64,000 nt of DNA from the NCBI GenBank assembly GCA_040768745.1, contig JAXGMI010000002.1, positions 256,001 through 320,000 of the forward strand, in the 5' to 3' direction. The position numbers and the translations under genes are program-made. Within the stretch, counting starts at the first letter, position 1. The number at the start of each line of letters is the position of its first letter. The DNA is from Desulfomicrobium sp. (GTDB lineage Bacteria; Desulfobacterota; Desulfovibrionia; Desulfovibrionales; Desulfomicrobiaceae). The notes below the pieces were generated by a model, which was given only the letters and a program-made list of their open reading frames with translations, had not been told where the DNA came from and made no database searches. This document shows, piece by piece, positions 19,831 to 29,200 of the stretch.

Positions 19831-21720
19831 TCATTTGAGCAGCCGGTTGATGATGTCCTTGTACTTCTTCTCTATGACGTGGCGTTTTTTCTTGAAGGAA
19901 TTGGTCAGTTCCTCCCCGAGAGTGAATTCCTTGTCCAGAAAATGGATGTTCTGCAGCTTTTCGTAGGGTTTGAAGCCTTTTTTGGGATTGAGGAGTTTGT
20001 TCATCTCCTCGCGCAGGCGGTCCAGAAGCTGCTTGTCCTTGAGGGCTTCCTCGGTTTCACCCAACACCTGATTGTATTTTTCCTGCACGAATTCACGTAG
20101 TTTCTCCAGGTCGGGCACAATCAGGGCGCCCAGTCCCTTCTTGTCCTGGCCCACCAGCACAGCGTCCTGCACAAAAGGGAACATGGACAGGGTGGCTTCG
20201 ATGTTGGTCGGATCCACATTTTCACCGCTGGCCAAGACGATGATTTCCTTGGCCCGGCCAGTGATGACCAGCTCGCCAGTCAGGGTCAACCGGCCCAGGT
20301 CTCCGGTACGGAAAAAGCCATCCGGGGTGAATGCCTGGGCGTTGGCCTCGTCGTTGTTGTAGTACCCCTTGAAGACCTGGGCCCCGCGGACCTGGATCTC
20401 TCCTTCGCTTCCGTTGGGCAGGGGCTGGTCGTTTTCGTCGACGATGCGCAGTTCTGTCTCACCCACCGGCGGACCAATGGTCCCGAAAATTTCGCATTGC
20501 AGACCCCGGCCGGCAATGCCCGGTGAGCATTCCGTCATGCCGTAGGCATTGATGATGCGGATGCCGATGGCGTCGATCCACTCATCCAGGAAGGCCGGCA
20601 GGCTCCCGCCGCCACTGATGGCCGCCTTGAGCCGGCCGCCAAACTTCTCCTGGACCATCACAAATTTTTTCTGGGCCAGGGCATAGAGCGGGGCCAGGGC
20701 CAGACAGGTCAAAGCCGCTCGGATTTTTGCGGCCAGGCGGCTCAGTCCGGATCTGGGAGCAAACACCGGAAGCTGGTCGCGCAGGATTCGCCTGTTGCGG
20801 CGGAAGTTGATGGAGATGGATACGAGGGCGTTGAAAATCTTTGCTTTTTTAGGGTCCTTTTTCTTCAGGCCAGCTGTGATCTTGGAATAGAGGGATTCCC
20901 AGATCCTTGGCACTGTGGCCACCAGGGTGGGCTTGTAGGTTTCCAGGTCTGCGGCGAAGGTGCGGATGCTGGAGTAGACCAGGCAACTCCCATTGGCCAC
21001 GCCGATGTATTCGGCTGTGCGTTCGAAGATGTGCCACGTGGGCAGGATGGATACCCACACGTCGCGTTCGTTCAGGTCAATGAGTACGGGCAGGGTTCGC
21101 ACGTTATGCATGATGTTGGAATGGTCCAGCATGACCCCTTTGGGGGTGCCCGTGGTCCCTGAAGTGTAAATGATGGTCAGGAGGGTCTCGGGGGTGATCC
21201 CCTGGGCCAGCCCTTTGAACCATTCTATGTCCTTGGGCTCGATGGTCCGCTCTTCAAGCAGTTCGGAGTAGGAATTTGCCTTGTCGAACCATGAGTGTTT
21301 TTCGGTTCCTGAAATGAGGAACACGCCGCGGGGTTTCAGGTTTTTGATCAGGCCCTGGTAGTCTTTGTAGAGTTTGTCCGTCTCGATGACCAGAAATTCC
21401 GCGCCGCTGTGCCCAACGATATACTCGATTTCCTTGGGTGGGGTGTCGCAGCCACGGGGCACGCTGACGGCGCCCAAGGCCTGCAGGGCAAGGTCGGTGA
21501 CGATCCAGGCATAACGATTGTCAGAGAGGAAAAAGACCTTGTCCCCTTTGCGTATTTTCTTGGCCTTGAAGGCCCTGGCCAGAATGAGCACATCCTCGAA
21601 GAATTTTTCGTAGGTGACACGTAATTCGTCCTCGCCTACCCGGTAGATGAAGGCCAGGTTGTCCTTGTGCCGCTCACAGCTTTCCAGAAACGAGTGGAAA
21701 AATGTCGGTGCAAAGGTCAT
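19831..21720 (-). CDS. Long-chain fatty acid-CoA ligase (AMP-dependent synthetase)
   Basis: YTSGTTGTPKG, YGMTE, FRTGDLG, GRAKE. Confidence 0.93.
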   Translation of the reverse strand: MTFAPTFFHSFLESCERHKDNLAFIYRVGEDELRVTYEKFFEDVLILARAFKAKKIRKGDKVFFLSDNRYAWIVTDLALQALGAVSVPRGCDTPPKEIEYIVGHSGAEFLVIETDKLYKDYQGLIKNLKPRGVFLISGTEKHSWFDKANSYSELLEERTIEPKDIEWFKGLAQGITPETLLTIIYTSGTTGTPKGVMLDHSNIMHNVRTLPVLIDLNERDVWVSILPTWHIFERTAEYIGVANGSCLVYSSIRTFAADLETYKPTLVATVPRIWESLYSKITAGLKKKDPKKAKIFNALVSISINFRRNRRILRDQLPVFAPRSGLSRLAAKIRAALTCLALAPLYALAQKKFVMVQEKFGGRLKAAISGGGSLPAFLDEWIDAIGIRIINAYGMTECSPGIAGRGLQCEIFGTIGPPVGETELRIVDENDQPLPNGSEGEIQVRGAQVFKGYYNNDEANAQAFTPDGFFRTGDLGRLTLTGELVITGRAKEIIVLASGENVDPTNIEATLSMFPFVQDAVLVGQDKKGLGALIVPDLEKLREFVQEKYNQVLGETEEALKDKQLLDRLREEMNKLLNPKKGFKPYEKLQNIHFLDKEFTLGEELTNSFKKKRHVIEKKYKDIINRLLK

Positions 21721-21809
21721 GCGCTGTACCCCCCAGAAAATCGATTCAATGCTGTTCGTGAAGCCCATCTGCCCCGGCAAACTCAAAACAGGTCTCACTC
21801 CTGAACGGT

Positions 21810-22523
21810 TCAGGACACTCTTTTGGCCATGACTTTGCGAAGGCGCAGGTTCAAAATTTCGACCAGAAGCGAAAAGCTCATGGCAAAGTAGATGTAGCCC
21901 CGGTCAATGTGCTTGCCCATGCCTTCGGCTACCAGAAACACGCCGATGAGGATGAGGAAGGACAGGGCCAGGATCTGGATTGTTGGTTGGCGTTTGACAA
22001 AAGCGCTGACCGTATCGGCGAAAAAAAGCATCACTCCCACGGCGGTCATGACTGCCGCAATCATGACGGATATCTGGCTGGCCATGCCCACAGCGGTGAT
22101 GACCGAATCCAGGGAGAAAATGATGTCAAGGATGGCGATTTGGGTTACGGCCGAGACAAAGCCGAGGCTTTTTCGGATGCGGATGTCCTCTTCGGGTTTG
22201 TGCTCAAGCTTTTCGTGGATTTCGAATGTGGCCTTGGCGATCAGGAAGAGTCCACCGCCAAGCAGGATGAGATCCCGACCAGACACTGAATGTTCCAGGA
22301 CCGAAAAAAGAGGGTCTGTCAGGCGCATGACCCAGATGATGGCGAAGAGCAGGGCAATTCGAGTCAGCATGGCCAGGGCTAGGCCGATCTTGCGGGCTTT
22401 GGACTGGACTGCTTCGGGCAGATTGTTGGTGATGATGACGATGAAGACAATGTTGTCGATGCCCAGCACTATTTCGAGGCTGGCCAGGGTCAGAAAAGCT
22501 ATGAGAGTCTGCACGTCGAGCAT
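21810..22523 (-). CDS. TerC-family membrane protein
   Basis: LEIVLGIDN and DIIFSLDSVITAVG. Confidence 0.93.
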   Translation of the reverse strand: MLDVQTLIAFLTLASLEIVLGIDNIVFIVIITNNLPEAVQSKARKIGLALAMLTRIALLFAIIWVMRLTDPLFSVLEHSVSGRDLILLGGGLFLIAKATFEIHEKLEHKPEEDIRIRKSLGFVSAVTQIAILDIIFSLDSVITAVGMASQISVMIAAVMTAVGVMLFFADTVSAFVKRQPTIQILALSFLILIGVFLVAEGMGKHIDRGYIYFAMSFSLLVEILNLRLRKVMAKRVS

Positions 22524-22684
22524 GGGAAACCCGTGAGTAAGGGGTGGATTGGCTGTAGCGTATCTGTTGCGTGTAGGGGAAGGGACGGTTCAAATCAAGT
22601 AACTGGAGGCTTCCAAGCCAGGGCCGTGTCTGCTATCGGCCAAGCATCGATTGCGCGATGACCGGATCCGCACCGGGGAGGGCT

Positions 22685-23827
22685 ATGATTCTCGACAACA
22701 GACCGTATTCCTTCGACAGGGTTGTGCGCATGGCCTTAACCGCCGCACTGCTCTGGGGCATAATCACGATCCTGGGCTACCTGAGCGATGTGCTCATCCC
22801 CTTTGCCGTGGCCTTGATCCTGGCCTATATCCTCAATCCCGCCGTATATAAAATTCAGTCCTTCGTGAAAAACAGAGGATTGGCCATCGGGGTGACCCTC
22901 CTTCTTTTTGTCCTGGCTCTGGTCGGTATATTTTGGGTTGTCGTTCCTCTCATGGGGCGGGAGATGGCCCACATGGGCCGGCTCATTTCGGAACTGGTCA
23001 GCAATTCCAAACTGGCCGAGGCAGCTGCCCAACGCCTGCCTCCGGACTTGTGGCAGGCGATACGCGAATATTTCAACACTCCGGAAGTGCAGAACTTCTT
23101 CCGCACGGACAGTTTCATCTCCATGGCCCAGAGTGCCCTGCGCAAGCTCCTGCCAGGCATCATGGGGCTCATCTCCGGCACCTACAGCGTGATCATGGCC
23201 CTGGTGGTTCCCGGGGTCGTGTGCATGTATTTGATTTTTCTTTTATTGGATTTTCAGAAAGTGCGTGTCGTATGGAAGGAAATGATCCCTCCATCCTACC
23301 GCGAAGGCGTGATTTCCTTCGTGGAGGAGTTCGATCTGGCCATGAGCCGTTATTTCCGGGGTCAGGTTCTGATTTCCGGAGCGCTCAGCGTTGTCTTCGC
23401 AGTGGGTTTCGTCCTGGTCGGCTTGCCTCTGGGCATCCTGCTCGGCATCCTGCTTGGCGTCATGAGCATGGTCCCCTACCTGCAGGTCCTGGGCGCAATC
23501 CCGGCGGTCATGGTCGCGGCCATCCACGCTCTGGAGACCGGCGAGTCCTTCTGGCTGGTTCTGGGCCTGACGGGACTGGTCTTCGTGGCCGCCCAGATTG
23601 TGCAGGACGTCATTCTGGTCCCGCGCATCATGGGCAAGGCCATGGGTTTGTCGCCGGCCGCCATGCTCCTTTCCCTGTCCATCTGGGGCAAACTCCTGGG
23701 CATGCTCGGGCTCATCATCGCCTTGCCCATGACCTGCCTGGTCCTGGCCTACTATCGCCGGTTGGTGCTCAGTCCGGCAGGCGGGCAGGTGGTTTCCCCG
23801 GTTTCGGAAATCGGAGGTGATGGATGA
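22685..23827 (+). CDS. AI-2E family transporter
   Basis: AYILNP, YFRGQ, VPYL, PRIMGKAMGLSP, GLIIALP. RBS GGAGG. Confidence 0.9.
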   Translation: MILDNRPYSFDRVVRMALTAALLWGIITILGYLSDVLIPFAVALILAYILNPAVYKIQSFVKNRGLAIGVTLLLFVLALVGIFWVVVPLMGREMAHMGRLISELVSNSKLAEAAAQRLPPDLWQAIREYFNTPEVQNFFRTDSFISMAQSALRKLLPGIMGLISGTYSVIMALVVPGVVCMYLIFLLLDFQKVRVVWKEMIPPSYREGVISFVEEFDLAMSRYFRGQVLISGALSVVFAVGFVLVGLPLGILLGILLGVMSMVPYLQVLGAIPAVMVAAIHALETGESFWLVLGLTGLVFVAAQIVQDVILVPRIMGKAMGLSPAAMLLSLSIWGKLLGMLGLIIALPMTCLVLAYYRRLVLSPAGGQVVSPVSEIGGDG

Positions 23828-24570
23828 AGTTGGACATGCGTGCTTTTTTGCGGGACGATCTCCGACTGAGGGTCGATTTTTCGGCCTCGGACCAGAACAG
23901 AGGGCTCGCCCCTCCTCGGGTGCAGAAGCCTGCACGGGAAACCCAGACGGTTCTCCCCCTGCCCCGTGATCCCGCCCAGACCTTTACCGGGCGCATGGAT
24001 CTGGTCCAGGCCCTGGGCGAGCGACACAGTCAACGGAAATGGCGCGACGAACCGCTGCGTCTGGAGGAGATCGGTTTCCTGCTTTGGGCTGTGCAGGGCG
24101 TACGCAAGATCGTCGGGCCGGGACAGGCTTTCCGGACAGTACCCTCGGCCGGATGCCGGCATTCGTTTGAAACGTATGTGCTGGCCAACGCATGCCCAGA
24201 TCTCCAACCCGGGGTTTACCGCTACCTCCCCCTCGATCACGGCCTGGTCCTGGAGCGTGCGGCCGGCCCGGATTTCTTCGCCCTCCAGCACGAAGCAGTC
24301 CTGCAGCAGGCCTTTGTGCCCAAGGCGCCGCTGGTCTTTGTCTGGACAACGGTCCCGTATCGGATGGAATGGCGTTACCTGGAAACGGCCTACAGGGTCA
24401 TCGCCATGGATGCCGGGCATGTCTGCCAAAATCTCTATCTTGCGGTCCAGGCCGTGGGATGCGGGACCTGCGCAGTGGGGGCCTTCCACCAAACAGCCTT
24501 GGACAGCTTCCTGGGCGTGGACGGGGAGGAGGAATTTGCCCTGTATCTCGCCCCCGTGGGCAAGGTTTGA
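23824..24570 (+). CDS. SagB/ThcOx-type nitroreductase-family protein
   Basis: RTVPSAG, DAGHVCQNLYL, GTCAVGAF. Confidence 0.9.
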   Translation: MKLDMRAFLRDDLRLRVDFSASDQNRGLAPPRVQKPARETQTVLPLPRDPAQTFTGRMDLVQALGERHSQRKWRDEPLRLEEIGFLLWAVQGVRKIVGPGQAFRTVPSAGCRHSFETYVLANACPDLQPGVYRYLPLDHGLVLERAAGPDFFALQHEAVLQQAFVPKAPLVFVWTTVPYRMEWRYLETAYRVIAMDAGHVCQNLYLAVQAVGCGTCAVGAFHQTALDSFLGVDGEEEFALYLAPVGKV

Positions 24571-24702
24571 GACCTTCCCCAGGACGGTAAGGTCATTCGG
24601 GTGTGGGCATCATCCGGCAGGGAGAGGCTTCGCCCTGGCTGGACAAACCGTGGGATTCTCCCTAGAAGTCGGTTCGTTCCGCAATCAACCAGCTTTTCAT
24701 CC

Positions 24703-26577
24703 ATGGCACTTATCAGCGCAAGCAGCCTTTCCCTGACTTTTTCCGGTCCGCCTCTTCTGGACAACTCAAGCCTGCAGATCCACGAAGGGGAGCGCATCTG
24801 CCTTCTGGGCCGCAACGGCGAGGGCAAGTCCACCCTGATGCGCATTCTTGCCGGTGACTTCCGCCCGGAATCCGGGGAGGTTCGGTGGGCCAAGGACCTG
24901 ACCATGGCCTCTCTGCCGCAGGAGGTGCCGGGGAACCTGACCGGGACCGTGTCCCACGTTGTCTCCTCCGGGGCAGGGGAGATCGGACGTTGCCTGGCGG
25001 CCCTGCGCTACGAAGGGACCGATATGTGTTCTGACCAGCATCTGGTGGCCAGGGCCCATGGCATGCTCGATGATCAGGCCGCCTGGAATCTGACCCAGAA
25101 GATTGAAACGGTCATCACCCACCTCGGCCTGGATCCCGACGCCCCGTTTGCCAGCCTGTCCGGCGGAGTCAAGCGTAAGACACTGCTGGCCCAGGCCCTG
25201 GCCGGCAATCCCGACGTCCTCTTCCTGGACGAGCCGACAAACCATCTGGACATAGCCGCAGTCCGCTGGCTTGAAGAATTTCTGGTCAAGCACGTGCGCA
25301 CCCTTTTCTTCGTCACCCATGATCGCATGTTCCTGCGCCATGTGGCGAACCGCATCCTGGAACTGGACAGGGGTCATCTCGTTGACTGGGCCTGTGATTA
25401 CGACACGTTCTTGAAGCGCAAAGAAGAGGTCCTGGCCACGGAGGAAGCGCTGTGGAGGCGCTTTGATCAAAAGCTGAAGGAAGAGGAGATCTGGATTCGC
25501 AAGGGCATCAAGGCCCGGCGCACGCGCAACGAGGGCCGGGTCCGGGCCCTGAAGGCCATGCGTGCGGAGCGCCGGCTGCGCCGGGAGCGGACCGGTACCG
25601 TGTCCATGCAGATTCAGGAAGCGCGGAAAAGCGGAGCCCTGGTTCTGGAGGTGAACAACATTTCGTTCGGCTGGGACGGGATCCCGGTCATCCGGAATTT
25701 CTCGGCCAACATCATGCGCGGGGACAAAATAGGGATCATCGGCCCCAACGGGGCGGGGAAGACCACGCTGCTCAAACTGCTGCTCGGCGAACTGCAGCCC
25801 CAGAGTGGCGAAGTCCACCAGGGCACGAACATCGAAGTGGCCTATTCCGACCAGATGCGCTCTCTTCTGGACGAGACCAAGACGGCCCGGGACATTGTCG
25901 GGGGCGGCTCGGATTATATTGACGTCCACGGCAACCGCCGCCATGTCATCGGCTACCTGAAGGATTTTCTGTTCACCCCGGAACGGGCCCAGACTGCTGT
26001 CAGCGTCCTTTCCGGCGGGGAGCGCAACCGCCTGCTTCTGGCTCGCCTTTTCACCCGGCCGTGCAACGTCCTGGTGCTGGACGAACCCACCAATGACCTG
26101 GACCAGGAAACCCTGGAACTGCTGGAGGAACTCATTGGGGAGTTCGAGGGCACGGTGCTGGTGGTCAGCCATGACCGTGAGTTTCTGAACAACACGGTGA
26201 CTTCCTGTTTCGCATTCGAGGGTGATGGGGTGGTCATCGAATACGCCGGCGGATACGACGACTGGCTGGTCCAGCGTCCTGTGGCCGAGAAGCCTGAACC
26301 GGTCCACATCAGACCGCAAAGGGCCAAGGCAGCCAAGCCCCGCAAGATGACCTACAGGGAAAATCAGGAACTGGAGGCCCTGCCCGGACGCATCGAGGAA
26401 ATGGAGGGCCGCATTGCCCAGCTGCATGAGCTGATGAACGATCCAGATTTCTACACCAACGACCATACAGTCGTGGCGACCGAGGCGGCCCGACTTGAAG
26501 CCCTGGAGGCAGAGCTCGATGTCCTGCTGACCCGATGGGACGAGCTGGAAGAGCTGCGCATGCTGTGCGATTCGTGA
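24703..26577 (+). CDS. uup: ABC-F family ATPase (Uup-like)
   Basis: Two ABC domains (GRNGEGKST, GPNGAGKTT, LSGG, DEPTN), GIKARRTRNEGR linker, C-terminal coiled coil. Confidence 0.9.
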   Translation: MALISASSLSLTFSGPPLLDNSSLQIHEGERICLLGRNGEGKSTLMRILAGDFRPESGEVRWAKDLTMASLPQEVPGNLTGTVSHVVSSGAGEIGRCLAALRYEGTDMCSDQHLVARAHGMLDDQAAWNLTQKIETVITHLGLDPDAPFASLSGGVKRKTLLAQALAGNPDVLFLDEPTNHLDIAAVRWLEEFLVKHVRTLFFVTHDRMFLRHVANRILELDRGHLVDWACDYDTFLKRKEEVLATEEALWRRFDQKLKEEEIWIRKGIKARRTRNEGRVRALKAMRAERRLRRERTGTVSMQIQEARKSGALVLEVNNISFGWDGIPVIRNFSANIMRGDKIGIIGPNGAGKTTLLKLLLGELQPQSGEVHQGTNIEVAYSDQMRSLLDETKTARDIVGGGSDYIDVHGNRRHVIGYLKDFLFTPERAQTAVSVLSGGERNRLLLARLFTRPCNVLVLDEPTNDLDQETLELLEELIGEFEGTVLVVSHDREFLNNTVTSCFAFEGDGVVIEYAGGYDDWLVQRPVAEKPEPVHIRPQRAKAAKPRKMTYRENQELEALPGRIEEMEGRIAQLHELMNDPDFYTNDHTVVATEAARLEALEAELDVLLTRWDELEELRMLCDS

Positions 26578-26784
26578 GACCCATGCCGCGCGGGCATCCA
26601 TTTCTTTCGCGTCAAAAATTCTGTTGGGGCCGCACAAGGGCTTGCTGGACCGGCCAGCATGCCTTCAGCAGGGATCCGCGCATGACTCCCCTGGCCCCGG
26701 GATCTTTCAAACCACAGCATCCGGGTTTTCAGCCGCGTCGCGGCCGTCCATGTGAAACCCGGAGCGTTGGACAGGAGTAGACGG

Positions 26785-27000
26785 ATGCATGCGCAGTTTG
26801 GGGGATTGCGGGACTTTGTCTGCCGGCGGTGCGGACTGTACGGCATGGTCGATGTCCTGGGCATGGAATTCGACTATGATCAGAGTTCTGGCATACTTTT
26901 CGACATCCTGGACGATTCTGACGGGCGGCGCAGGGGCGATCAGATCGTCTGTGACTGTGGCTGTGAGCAGTTTGACATGCAGGTGCAGGAGGGGAAATGA
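26785..27000 (+). CDS. Small Cys-rich hypothetical protein (71 aa)
   Basis: RBS AGGAG at 26773, CRRC and CDCGC motifs, ATGA overlap with panC. Confidence 0.65.
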   Translation: MHAQFGGLRDFVCRRCGLYGMVDVLGMEFDYDQSSGILFDILDDSDGRRRGDQIVCDCGCEQFDMQVQEGK

Positions 27001-27857
27001 GCGTTCGGCAGATTCGGGAGCCCAGGGCCATGCAACGCACGGGCCTGGGCTGGAAGCGTGAGGGCAAGGTTGTCGGCCTCGTGCCGACCATGGGATATCT
27101 GCACGAAGGCCATCTGTCACTTTTGCACTGGGCCCGGGAACGTTGCGACATCCTGGTCCTTTCCATCTTCGTCAACCCGACCCAGTTCGGCCCTGCCGAG
27201 GATCTGGACAACTATCCCTCTGACCTGGCCCGGGACATGGCCCTGGCCCAGGAGTGCGGCGTCGACGTCCTCTTCGCGCCCAGAACGGACGCCATGTACA
27301 ACCCTGACCACGGTACCTGGGTTACGGTGCCCGACTTGACCAGGCATCTCTGTGGCAGCTCCCGGCCCATCCATTTCCGGGGCGTCGCCACGGTGGTCTG
27401 CAAGCTGTTCAACCTAGTCCAGCCCAGCTTCTCCGTGTTTGGCGAAAAAGACTGGCAGCAGCTCGCCGTCATCCGCAAAATGGTCCGGGAGCTGGACATG
27501 CCGGTGCGTGTCGAAGGCCGGCCCATCGTGCGCGAGGCCGACGGATTGGCCATGAGCTCGCGCAACGTCTATATGACCCCAGAAGAACGCTCTGCAGCAC
27601 CGCATATCCAGAAGGGCCTCGGTCTCCTGGAAAATCTGGTGCGCTCCGGAGAACGCGACCCCAAGGTCCTGCGCGAGGCAGTTCTGGCCTATTACGCCGA
27701 GCATCTGCCCATGGGCAGGCTCGACTATCTGGAACTGGTCGATCCGTGGCGCATTGAACCCGTAACCCGGATCGGCGCTGAAGTCCTGGCGGCCGTGGCC
27801 ATGCACATGGGCGCGTCCCGCCTCATCGACAACAGGCTCATCGTGCTCGGGTCATGA
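26997..27857 (+). CDS. panC: Pantoate-beta-alanine ligase
   Basis: VPTMGYLHEGH, FVNPTQF, FGEKDWQQ, GLAMSSRN, RLIDN. Confidence 0.97.
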   Translation: MSVRQIREPRAMQRTGLGWKREGKVVGLVPTMGYLHEGHLSLLHWARERCDILVLSIFVNPTQFGPAEDLDNYPSDLARDMALAQECGVDVLFAPRTDAMYNPDHGTWVTVPDLTRHLCGSSRPIHFRGVATVVCKLFNLVQPSFSVFGEKDWQQLAVIRKMVRELDMPVRVEGRPIVREADGLAMSSRNVYMTPEERSAAPHIQKGLGLLENLVRSGERDPKVLREAVLAYYAEHLPMGRLDYLELVDPWRIEPVTRIGAEVLAAVAMHMGASRLIDNRLIVLGS

Positions 27858-27980
27858 CTGCGGCCCTTGCGCACCTCTCATGGGCCGTGGTTGACCCCGC
27901 ATGAGATTTCAGGGCATGCGACATATGCAGTTGTGTTTGCAGGGCACGGGCAGAATCACGAACATCAGCGGGGAAACGAC

Positions 27981-28820
27981 ATGAAGACCTTGGTGGATTT
28001 TCGGCGGAGCAAGGAGGCGGGGGAGAAAATCGTGATGGTGACCGCGTATGACTACCCCTCCGCACGTCTGGCCGAGGAGGCCGGGGTGGACATGATTCTG
28101 GTGGGCGATTCCCTGGGCATGGTCGTCCTGGGCTACGACTCCACGGTGCCGGTGACCATGGCCGACATGATCCATCACACCAGGGCCGCCCGCCGGGGGG
28201 CAAAGGATACGTTTGTTGTTTCGGACATGCCCTTCATGACCTACCAGATTTCACCGGCCCAGGCCCTGGAGAATGCCGCCCGCCTGGTGCAGGAGGGCGG
28301 CTGCGAGGCGGTCAAGCTTGAGGGCGGGGCGGAGATCGCCGAGCAGGTCCGGTCCCTGGTGCGCGCGGGGATACCGGTCTGCGGACATGTGGGACTGACC
28401 CCGCAATCGGTCACTGCCTTGAGCGGATACAAGGTGCAGGCCCGCACTGCCGAGGCGGCCCGCAAACTCCTGGACGACACCCTGGCCCTGGAAGAAGCCG
28501 GCGCATTCATGATTGTCCTGGAGTGCATTCCTGTGCAGGTCGCCGATCTGGTCACGAGGCGCCTTGCCATCCCCACAATCGGCATCGGAGCCGGAGCCGC
28601 CTGCGACGGACAGGTCCTTGTCTTCCACGACGCCTTGGGTCTTTTTGAGCGGTTCGTTCCAAAATTTGTCAGACAGTTCGAAACGCTGGGGGTAAAAGCC
28701 AAGGCCGGACTGGCTCAATACGCGCAGGAGGTCCGGGACGGCTCTTTTCCTGCCCCGGAGCATTCCTTTTCCATGCGGGACGAGGAGTTGAGGCGTATTT
28801 ACGGACATTCCGCAGAGTGA
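27981..28820 (+). CDS. panB: 3-methyl-2-oxobutanoate hydroxymethyltransferase
   Basis: TAYD, LVGDSLG, VKLEGG, GHVGLTPQ, GIGAG, DGQVLV. Confidence 0.97.
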   Translation: MKTLVDFRRSKEAGEKIVMVTAYDYPSARLAEEAGVDMILVGDSLGMVVLGYDSTVPVTMADMIHHTRAARRGAKDTFVVSDMPFMTYQISPAQALENAARLVQEGGCEAVKLEGGAEIAEQVRSLVRAGIPVCGHVGLTPQSVTALSGYKVQARTAEAARKLLDDTLALEEAGAFMIVLECIPVQVADLVTRRLAIPTIGIGAGAACDGQVLVFHDALGLFERFVPKFVRQFETLGVKAKAGLAQYAQEVRDGSFPAPEHSFSMRDEELRRIYGHSAE

Positions 28821-28871
28821 ATGCCGCGGTAGCGTCTGGACAGGTTTTCATATTTCAGCAAGGAGTCAGGC

Positions 28872-29177
28872 ATGCAGAGGCCCAACCGGCGGCAATGGCC
28901 GCGACATGAAAAAAAAGCACAGGTGCAGTTCACGGCCTCGTTGCGGGACGGTTATGTCGTGTCCTGGGTTTCCAATTTCAGCCGCGGAGGAATCTGCCTG
29001 ACACACCCCTCTCCATTGGAAAAAGGCCGCAATGTGCTGATCCGCCTGACCATGGACCTGGCCGGTTTGTCCAGAGATGTCCGCGCCAAGGTCAAATGGT
29101 GCGTCCCGGCCCGGGCAGGCGGCTACGCCATCGGGCTGGAGTACGAGCAGCCCCAGCATTGGACACGATACGAATAG
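28872..29177 (+). CDS. Single-domain PilZ protein
   Basis: NRRQWPR (RxxxR) and NFSRGG. RBS AGGAG. Confidence 0.8.
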   Translation: MQRPNRRQWPRHEKKAQVQFTASLRDGYVVSWVSNFSRGGICLTHPSPLEKGRNVLIRLTMDLAGLSRDVRAKVKWCVPARAGGYAIGLEYEQPQHWTRYE

Positions 29178-29200
29178 GCCCCTGCGGGCCTTTCTTGTTT
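29176..29200 (+). terminator. Intrinsic terminator
   Basis: AGGCCC-CTGC-GGGCCT followed by TTCTTGTTT. Confidence 0.55.

Noticed and set aside
22524..22684. yybP-ykoY (Mn) riboswitch upstream of terC
   Set aside because: No GGGGAGUAGC-like consensus is visible on the minus strand.
23824..24570. RiPP (azole peptide) cluster around the SagB-like gene
   Set aside because: No YcaO cyclodehydratase or precursor peptide is nearby, so it looks like a stand-alone nitroreductase.
24766..26637. Long antisense ORFs (also 47430-49106, 14024-15274 and others)
   Set aside because: They are shadows of well-supported genes on the opposite strand, expected in GC-rich DNA.
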